Part shown: piece after piece, positions 15,735 through 21,507 of the stretch | Numbering within the stretch: position 1 is the stretch's first letter | Layout: each line of letters begins with the position of its first letter | Assembly: GCA_964348955.1 (NCBI GenBank) | Contig: CAYGEN010000001.1 | Location: 1,273 to 22,779, forward strand | Direction: 5' to 3' | Source of the DNA: an uncultured Candidatus Saccharibacteria bacterium | GTDB lineage: Bacteria; Patescibacteriota; Minisyncoccia; Phycocordibacterales; 2-01-FULL-51-21 | Length of the DNA stretch: 21,507 nt | Translations under genes and position numbers: made by a program | The notes under the pieces: generated by a model | What the model saw: the letters and a program-made list of their open reading frames with translations, nothing else | Told to the model about the DNA's origin: nothing | Databases searched by the model: none

Positions 15735-16142
15735 TCAAATATCAAAAAAATCAATACTAGGTTGAGGGGTATTTTGACTGCCCGCAGGGACTTGCGGAGG
15801 GTTTATACTGCCGCCAGTGCCTATTCCGAAGGTCTGGGCAATGACCTGCACCAACCCCCACACGGAGACCATCACGAAAAGCGCGATAATGCCCCATATC
15901 ATAAATTGCTTCCCGCTCTTGCGTGATTCTTCATCGTCTGCATTTAATATAAACTTCGCAAGACCCCAGAAAAACGCGAGGAGCGCAAGCGCCGCAACAA
16001 GCGGTATAGTGAGCGAGACGAGATCAGTGAGCGTTTTAATCAAATCTTTGAGGTCTTTGACCTGTGCGCCAAACGCCACGACAGGAGTAAGGACGGAAAA
16101 AACGGCAAGAAAAAGCGCGGGAAAATGTTTTTTTGTTTTCAT
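15735..16142 (-). CDS. VirB2/TrbC-like small secreted membrane protein (P4), a divergent paralog
   Basis: The signal peptide is MKTKKHFPALFLAVFSVLTPVVAFGA. Helix 1 is IPLVAALALLAFFWGLAKFIL and helix 2 is IWGIIALFVMVSVWGLVQVIA. A Pro/Gln-rich tail follows. The start overlaps the P5 stop (ATGA). Confidence 0.6.
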   Translation of the reverse strand: MKTKKHFPALFLAVFSVLTPVVAFGAQVKDLKDLIKTLTDLVSLTIPLVAALALLAFFWGLAKFILNADDEESRKSGKQFMIWGIIALFVMVSVWGLVQVIAQTFGIGTGGSINPPQVPAGSQNTPQPSIDFFDI

Positions 16143-16606
16143 TTGAGTGTGAGATGGATAGCCCCGCCATCCGCTCTAAGCTCCTTAACGGTGCCTTGAA
16201 TCGCCCGCGAGAGAACCGCCGCGCCGAGAACGAGAAGCGCACCGATGATAGTCCACAGAAGCACTTTTTTCGCGGTGGCAAGTTTTGTTTCGTTTCCCTG
16301 CGCCGCGACGAACAGAAAGCCGGTGTAGACAATAAAGAGAACGAGTATGGGGAATGCAATGGTAATGAGTACATCAAGCACCGCCGCCAAGAACGAATAG
16401 ATGTCGCGGTACTTGAGAGGATTTTGGAAGCCACTGCCGGGGTTTTGCATACCCCCGCTACCGGGGTTTTGCATACCGCCATCCTGGGCAAACACCAAAA
16501 GCGGGTTTAGGAGAAGAAACAGCGAGTACCTTGCTATACGGAACATGCGTTTGCCTCGTGCCATAGTTGCAAAAATATGATGGGTAAAGAATGGTCTCAT
16601 CGTCAT
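16139..16606 (-). CDS. VirB2/TrbC-like small membrane protein (P5), with a tandem GGMQNPGSG repeat after the signal sequence
   Basis: A signal-like segment (MFRIARYSLFLLLNPLLVFAQ) is followed by DGGMQNPGSGGMQNPGSG. Helix 1 is VLDVLITIAFPILVLFIVYTGFLFV and helix 2 is VLLWTIIGALLVLGAAVL. The start at 16606 overlaps the stop of the solute-binding-protein gene (ATGA). Confidence 0.55.
   Translation of the reverse strand: MTMRPFFTHHIFATMARGKRMFRIARYSLFLLLNPLLVFAQDGGMQNPGSGGMQNPGSGFQNPLKYRDIYSFLAAVLDVLITIAFPILVLFIVYTGFLFVAAQGNETKLATAKKVLLWTIIGALLVLGAAVLSRAIQGTVKELRADGGAIHLTLK
16435..16482. repeat. 24-bp tandem duplication (20/24 identical) inside the P5 coding sequence
   Basis: tgccggggttttgcatacccccgc is followed by taccggggttttgcataccgccat. 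On the minus strand this encodes GGMQNPGSG twice. Confidence 0.7.
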
Positions 16607-17892
16607 CGTAGCAGGTTGGCCATGTCGCGTGCGGCGCTCTGAACCGCCTCGCTCAAGCGCGCTTTGCCGGAGGTGGTATCTTCTATCATATTCTTAAAAA
16701 TGATATCTGTCTCCTCCGGGCTTGGGTCAAACCATGCGCGCGCGATGAGCGCCGAACTAAAGAACACACTCTGGTACGCCTGCGGAGGGTTTTGCGAAAG
16801 AAGTGCGCGAGAGACCGGGGGCAAAGAGCTCTGTAGAGAAAGCGCGGCAAGCGCGGCATCGCCAGAGAGCACGCTTGCCACTTGAAATGCGCCATTTGGA
16901 TTTCTTGCGCCGCGCGGAATGGAAAGCGCGGTCATGCGGCCAAAGGTAATGCTGGTTTTAGCATCAAGCGCCTGCGGCAGACGCGCTACATCAAAATTAA
17001 GATTCGGATTCGCATTCCGTATCGCCGGCAATTCGCTCGAAAAGCCGAAGTACATCGCGACGTCCCCCGCCGTAAACATTTCGCGGGCGTTTGGAAGCCC
17101 GCGGTTCCATGTGTAAGTATCTTTGGTCGGATTTGAAAATTCAGTGTAGAAGCGCAGAGCCGTCTCGGGCGCTTGCGGCGTAATCCCCGGCACATTATTC
17201 ATATCAAACGTTTCTTGGAACTCGCCCTGCGAAACCCGCACGATTGGGTTGCCGACTTGAAGAATAAGCGTCGCGAGAATGTCTTTGGCGTGGGGAATGT
17301 TGGCATATTCACCAAGCGGCACGGTGGCCCGCGTGACGGTACCCGCCGGATTTTTCTTCGTTATGATTTTACTCAAGGCAAAAAATTGGTCCCATGTGTT
17401 CGGGGGCAAGGCAACGCCCGCGGTTGCAAATAGGTCGCGGTTCCAATACATAACCATCGGGTCAATGGTGTACGGTATGCCGGCAATGCCTGCGGCGGAA
17501 AGGTAGATGCCGGCGGCGTCAAGATAGGTGTCTCTAAATACCCGCTCGGAAACGACCGAAAACGGTATCGGCATAATCTTATTGCCAAAACTTAAAATGC
17601 GGTCTTGCGGGAGAAGAAATATATCGGGGCCCGTGCCGGCGGCAATCGCATTCACCATATCGCTCTCGTAGGTGCGCGGGTCTTTTTCAACATAGCTCAC
17701 ATTGTTGAAATCGGCGTGGGTTTCGCGCACGCTTTGCAAAACGCTCTCCATGAGCGCCTGCGGCAAAGTGCCCCACATAGTCACCGCACCGATACCCTGC
17801 CCACTTTTCGCGCGGTAGGTCGCAAACACGACGACACCGACTACCGCCAGAAAAATAAAAGCGGCGAGAACGATTATATGAAATGGTTTCAT
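16603..17892 (-). CDS. Extracellular solute-binding protein (ABC-type family 1, MalE-like fold) with an N-terminal TM anchor. No cognate permease or ATPase is present in the window.
   Basis: The 429-aa product has an N-terminal TM helix (IIVLAAFIFLAVVGVVVFA). Typical SBP_bac_1 motifs follow: TMWGTLP, GTGPDIFLLPQD, GIPYTIDPMVMYWNRDLF and PNTWDQF. It overlaps the methyltransferase gene stop and the P5 start by ATGA. Confidence 0.75.
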   Translation of the reverse strand: MKPFHIIVLAAFIFLAVVGVVVFATYRAKSGQGIGAVTMWGTLPQALMESVLQSVRETHADFNNVSYVEKDPRTYESDMVNAIAAGTGPDIFLLPQDRILSFGNKIMPIPFSVVSERVFRDTYLDAAGIYLSAAGIAGIPYTIDPMVMYWNRDLFATAGVALPPNTWDQFFALSKIITKKNPAGTVTRATVPLGEYANIPHAKDILATLILQVGNPIVRVSQGEFQETFDMNNVPGITPQAPETALRFYTEFSNPTKDTYTWNRGLPNAREMFTAGDVAMYFGFSSELPAIRNANPNLNFDVARLPQALDAKTSITFGRMTALSIPRGARNPNGAFQVASVLSGDAALAALSLQSSLPPVSRALLSQNPPQAYQSVFFSSALIARAWFDPSPEETDIIFKNMIEDTTSGKARLSEAVQSAARDMANLLR

Positions 17893-18500
17893 GGCGTTGA
17901 TGAGGCAGTCGTGAGTTGCAAGCGCGCAATGACTCCCCAGTGATGCGCACCTGCATTGATGGTTCGCTGAACGCTGAAGCCCGCGCGTTCAAGGAGCGCC
18001 TGGGCTTCATTTTCCGTCAGTATTTCGGCAGGCGTAGGGCCAAGGCCGCCGAACGAATCAGCCCAATCAACCACAAGCGCGCGGCCTTTAGGGCGAAGCA
18101 CCCGCTTCATTTCGCCGAGAGCCGCCTCCTTGTCTTTAAGCTGGAAGAGCACGTTGCAGAGGAACACCGCGTCCACGCTCCCCTCCTTTAGTTTGGTATC
18201 GCCTGATTTTTCAAAGTCGCCGTGCAAGGGATAGATATTGTGCAGATACTCGGCGTGAGCGAGATTTTTGAGCCGCCGAAGAAGCTCCGGTTGAATATCA
18301 ATCGCGTACACGCGACCCGAGCCGACGGCACGCGCCGCCGCGAGCGCGTAGTGCCCGGAGCCGGTTCCAAAGTCGGCAACGTGATGTCCCTCTTCAAGAC
18401 CGAATTGCGCGATAATTTTTTCCGGCGCAGAAAATGCTCCCGCCTCATTTCGCGCGCTACTTTGCACTCGCGCGCGCGCTTGCGCTGTTTTTAATTCCAT
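17889..18500 (-). CDS. Class I SAM-dependent methyltransferase
   Basis: The 203-aa product has motif I VADFGTGSGHYALAAA, motif II RVYAIDIQPELL and motif post-II VDAVFLCNVL. It is the first gene of the minus-strand operon. Confidence 0.8.
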   Translation of the reverse strand: MELKTAQARARVQSSARNEAGAFSAPEKIIAQFGLEEGHHVADFGTGSGHYALAAARAVGSGRVYAIDIQPELLRRLKNLAHAEYLHNIYPLHGDFEKSGDTKLKEGSVDAVFLCNVLFQLKDKEAALGEMKRVLRPKGRALVVDWADSFGGLGPTPAEILTENEAQALLERAGFSVQRTINAGAHHWGVIARLQLTTASSTP

Positions 18501-18624
18501 TACTCTTTAGTATAGCCGCCGCAAGGCGCCACGACAACGGAGAAACTCACACCTCTCAATTTTCCGACCTACCGCAGCTACAGACTCCTGCAACCGCGCA
18601 TGTGCACGTTTGCGCGCCACGCCG

Positions 18625-18653
18625 TTGACTTCCCGAATCAAACGAGTTACATT
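18625..18653 (+). promoter_or_regulatory. Sigma70-like promoter TTGACT-N17-TACATT upstream of the 18687 gene, with a GGAGG RBS at 18677..18681
   Basis: The -35 TTGACT is at 18625..18630, the spacer is 17 nt, and the -10 TACATT is at 18648..18653. GGAGG lies 5 nt before the ATG. Confidence 0.45.
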
Positions 18654-18686
18654 CACACAAGATAAGATTCAGATGCGGAGGAAATC

Positions 18687-19151
18687 ATGCTCTATGCATT
18701 TACGGTCCCGAATGACATGCGAACCTTCATGCTCGCGCGCCGCGCAAACTCTTCCCTCAAAAAAACATCGAAGATGCTTAAGAAGGGTGATGTCGTGTTT
18801 ATGACACACACGAAGCGTGTGTTTCAATTTGAAGAGTATGACGGCGCCATACAGCTTGTCCTCAACATGAGGTGCGGGGGAAGCGTATTCTATCTCCTCG
18901 TTGAAGACTTGAGTCTTTTCGCGAAGCAGTGTGTATGTCAGTGGATGCTCGCATGCCTCAACCGTATGTCGAAGGAAAATAAGGAAGCGAGGAGCGAAGC
19001 GATTAATACCATGCGACTCATGGAAAGAGAGCTTTCCAAACACATCCGGGGACACCGCCAGCCAATTCTCACCGTTGTCGCCGGTCTTGATTTCTCGGAA
19101 AAGAGAGAAAGGGAGGCGGCACGCCATTTACCTGTGAAAATACCGCGCTAA
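18687..19151 (+). CDS. Hypothetical protein (154 aa), no family recognised
   Basis: The ORF has a strong RBS and promoter upstream and a strong terminator downstream. The composition is protein-like. Confidence 0.55.
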   Translation: MLYAFTVPNDMRTFMLARRANSSLKKTSKMLKKGDVVFMTHTKRVFQFEEYDGAIQLVLNMRCGGSVFYLLVEDLSLFAKQCVCQWMLACLNRMSKENKEARSEAINTMRLMERELSKHIRGHRQPILTVVAGLDFSEKREREAARHLPVKIPR

Positions 19152-19168
19152 ATGCGCCACACAGAATC

Positions 19169-19203
19169 CCCGCTTCGCCACCCCATGGCGAAGCGGTTTT
19201 CTT
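19169..19203 (+). terminator. Rho-independent terminator
   Basis: The stem cccgcttcgcca-cccca-tggcgaagcgg is followed by TTTTCTT. A second hairpin (ctcccgagg-tttaa-cctcgggag) lies at 19206..19228. Confidence 0.7.
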
Positions 19204-19274
19204 AACTCCCGAGGTTTAACCTCGGGAGCTTTACGCGAACCATCCCCCTGATTTCTACGGGAGAAAGTAATCAC

Positions 19275-19535
19275 TCACTTTTCTCCCGCCGTAATCTGAA
19301 TAGGACTTTGAATGCCGGGTTTCCACTCTGCATCAATATTTCCAAACCGTTTTTCATACTGCTCAAGATTGTGCGAGAGGGATTGAGAAAGTCTTTTAGC
19401 GTGTTGAGGAGTAAACGCAAAAACCGCCGCATTCGCTCCGGAGAAAAACGCCATCACAAACGATTCTTGGCTGGTGCCGATGAGAACATTATCGCAGTGC
19501 TGTTTTGGCACTTTGTTAAAATCAAATGTATCCAT
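19275..19535 (-). CDS. DUF3467-like small protein
   Basis: The 86-aa product reads ESFVMAFFSGANAAVFAFTPQHAKRLSQSLSHNLEQYEKRFGNI, which resembles the DUF3467 consensus as recalled from memory. Confidence 0.5.
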   Translation of the reverse strand: MDTFDFNKVPKQHCDNVLIGTSQESFVMAFFSGANAAVFAFTPQHAKRLSQSLSHNLEQYEKRFGNIDAEWKPGIQSPIQITAGEK

Positions 19536-19617
19536 AGTATCTCTTGTTACATGCTAATCACCGTGAATTACGAAACAAACTCTCTACGCTGGCGGGAAAG
19601 CAAAAAAACTGTAATTA

Positions 19618-21507
19618 TTACAAACACACCAGCGTGGCAATCGCGTCGCCTTGGTAGAGCTTCATTATGCGCACGCCTTGGGTCGCGCGGGAGAGTGTTG
19701 GGATTTCGCTCAAGTCAACACGTATGACTTGACCTTTGCGCGACATGACCACGACTTCCCCTTCGCCATCCTCGGCGATTTGCGCGCCGATGAGTGCGCC
19801 GGTTTTTTGCGTCACATTCATCGTCTTGATGCCGGAGCCGCCGCGCGACTGCACTTTGTATTCGGAAAGTTTGGTGCGCTTGCCGTAGCCAAGACTGGAG
19901 AGAACGAGGAGTTGCGGGTTTTTCATCGCCCTCCCGGCGATGTGCGCGGAAACGACGCGGTCTCCCTTACCGAGCTTGATGGCATGCACGCCTGCGGCGC
20001 CACGCCCCATAGCGCGGATGTCTCCTTCCTTAAATCTAATGGACTTCCCCTTGGAAGTTACCACCACGGCGGTGTCCCCTTTTTCCACAAATGACGTTGA
20101 GATGAGCTCGTCGGAGGGATGAATTTTTAAGGCAATGAGACCCGAGCGCCGCACATCGTGGAAGCTCTCGGCGGCGACTTTTTTTGCAATGCCTTCTTTC
20201 GTCACCATAAGAATGGCGAGCGATTCTTTCTTGCGCGATTCCTTCGGCATCGCAAGCACCGAGGTAACCTTTTCATTTGACTGAAGCGAAAGGTAATTCA
20301 CAATCGCCTTGCCTTTTGTCGCGCGCCGCCCCTCCGGCAAATCGTACATCTTTATCTGGTACGCCCGTCCCTTGTCGGTTAAAAAGAGAATGTCAGAGTG
20401 CGTAGAGGCCGTGAGAAAGTTCATCACGAAATCCTCTTCTTTCGTATTCAAATCAATGACCCCGACGCCGCCGCGCTTTTGCTTGCGGTACTCGCTTGGG
20501 TCGGTCCGTTTTACATAGCCGCCAGAGGTCAAGACGAGCACGTTCTCTTCCTCTTGAATCATATCCTCCATGGAAAGCGAAGTGATGCCTGTTTTCACCA
20601 CTCTCGTGCGGCGCGGGTCGCCATACTTTTTACCGACCTCTTCAAGCTCGGTCCGTACCCTCCTCAAAATATTTTTCGGCGCGGAAAGAAGCTCCTTGAG
20701 CAATTTGATGAGTGCTTGCACTTCTGTGAGCTCGTCTTCAATTTTCTTCCGCTCAAGGCCCGCGAGCTTCTGCAGGCGCATTTCAAGAATCGCCGTCGCC
20801 TGGATTTCGCTGAATTTAAACTGCGTGCAGAGCGCCGCATGCGCACTCGGCACATCTTTTGCGGCGCGAATGAGCTTCACGATGGCGTCAATGTGGTCAA
20901 GGGCTTTGGAGAGACCGAGCAAGATGTGCTCGCGCGCCTCGGCTTGCTTCAAGTCAAACTCCGCGCGGCGGCGCACAATAACCTGCCGATGCGCGATAAA
21001 TTCTTCCAGTATGCCTTTGAGCGAGAGCGTCTGAGGCACGCCGTCCACGAGCGCGACCATATTGAAATGGAAGGTGTCTTCCAGTTGCGTGTGTTTGTAG
21101 AGATAGTTGAGCACCTGCTTCGGCTGGGCGCCTGATTTAAGGTCAACGACAATGCGCGTTTCTCTCGTAGACTCGTCGCGCAAATCCCTGATGCCCTCAA
21201 GCTTTTTCTCGCGCACGAGGTCGGCCATTTTCATGATGAGGTCTGCTTTATTGACGCGATACGGAATGGAGCTGATGACAATTTGAAAATTTCCCTTCTT
21301 GTCTTCCACGACTTCCGCCTCGCCGCGCACGACGACGCCGCCCCGACCGCTTCCATACGCGTGCTCCAAGTCTTTCTGATTGAAAACGACGCCGCCCGTC
21401 GGGAAATCGGGTCCTTTCACAAACTGCAGGAGCTCATCGGTCGTCGCGCTTTTGTTTTCAATGAGGTGCACCGTGGCGGCAATAATTTCGCCGAGATTGT
21501 GCGGAGG
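19618..21507 (-). CDS. gyrA: DNA gyrase subunit A, partial. The 5' end lies beyond the window, and the Met at 21471 is internal.
   Basis: The frame stays open to the window edge, and the reverse complement of 21472..21507 encodes PPHNLGEIIAATV (conserved IPPHNL). Downstream are VKGPDFPTGG, a GyrA-box-like QKRGGVGV, and the C-terminal beta-pinwheel repeats. Confidence 0.9.
   Translation of the reverse strand, partial: PPHNLGEIIAATVHLIENKSATTDELLQFVKGPDFPTGGVVFNQKDLEHAYGSGRGGVVVRGEAEVVEDKKGNFQIVISSIPYRVNKADLIMKMADLVREKKLEGIRDLRDESTRETRIVVDLKSGAQPKQVLNYLYKHTQLEDTFHFNMVALVDGVPQTLSLKGILEEFIAHRQVIVRRRAEFDLKQAEAREHILLGLSKALDHIDAIVKLIRAAKDVPSAHAALCTQFKFSEIQATAILEMRLQKLAGLERKKIEDELTEVQALIKLLKELLSAPKNILRRVRTELEEVGKKYGDPRRTRVVKTGITSLSMEDMIQEEENVLVLTSGGYVKRTDPSEYRKQKRGGVGVIDLNTKEEDFVMNFLTASTHSDILFLTDKGRAYQIKMYDLPEGRRATKGKAIVNYLSLQSNEKVTSVLAMPKESRKKESLAILMVTKEGIAKKVAAESFHDVRRSGLIALKIHPSDELISTSFVEKGDTAVVVTSKGKSIRFKEGDIRAMGRGAAGVHAIKLGKGDRVVSAHIAGRAMKNPQLLVLSSLGYGKRTKLSEYKVQSRGGSGIKTMNVTQKTGALIGAQIAEDGEGEVVVMSRKGQVIRVDLSEIPTLSRATQGVRIMKLYQGDAIATLVCL

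Noticed and set aside
15236-16146. Plus-strand ORFs 15236..15556 and 15817..16146 with the shared CTNPHTATITKSA peptide
   Set aside because: They are antisense translations of the paralogous pilin-like genes. The shared peptide simply reflects the nucleotide repeat.
16603-17892. A complete ABC transporter locus around the solute-binding protein
   Set aside because: No permease (multi-TM with EAA loop) or ABC ATPase (Walker A/B, LSGGQ) ORF is present on either side. Only the binding protein is present.
19651-21135. Plus-strand ORFs antisense to gyrA (19651..20094, 20398..21135, 20570..21034)
   Set aside because: They are embedded in the confidently assigned gyrA reading frame.

Overview
This 21.5 kb window looks like a bacterial chromosomal segment, with GC roughly 50-55% as estimated by eye. 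It carries housekeeping genes, all with clear family motifs: ClpB disaggregase, a class-V cysteine desulfurase, a short IF-2 followed by RbfA, and the 3' two-thirds of gyrA running off the window end. These are interrupted by a tRNA-associated accessory stretch at about 7.8-18.5 kb. That stretch holds five tRNAs (Tyr-GTA, Cys-GCA, Leu-TAA, Lys-CTT, Leu-TAG), and two of them have partial 3'-end duplicates nearby. It also holds a hicB-hicA toxin-antitoxin pair and a visibly more GC-rich segment with a frame-broken hypothetical gene pair. An intact IS30-family insertion sequence with ~24-bp imperfect terminal inverted repeats sits 113 bp downstream of tRNA-Leu. Next comes a translationally coupled operon of an N-terminally extended SPFH/band-7 protein plus a polytopic membrane protein. 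Converging on it is an operon on the opposite strand that chains, by ATGA overlaps, a SAM-dependent methyltransferase, an N-terminally membrane-anchored family-1 solute-binding protein, and an array of five paralogous small proteins. These small proteins have a signal peptide followed by two hydrophobic helices, an architecture like VirB2/TrbC pilins. One of them is a truncated copy generated by a 338-bp, 100%-identical direct repeat. The pilin-like array operon and the SPFH-plus-membrane module are the best candidates for an uncharacterised system. A membrane-anchored HtrA-like protein in which all three catalytic positions appear substituted is also notable. No CRISPR array or rRNA was seen. 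Taxonomic placement is inference only: the compact IF-2 and the abundance of small pilin-like proteins loosely suggest a reduced-genome (CPR-like) bacterium.
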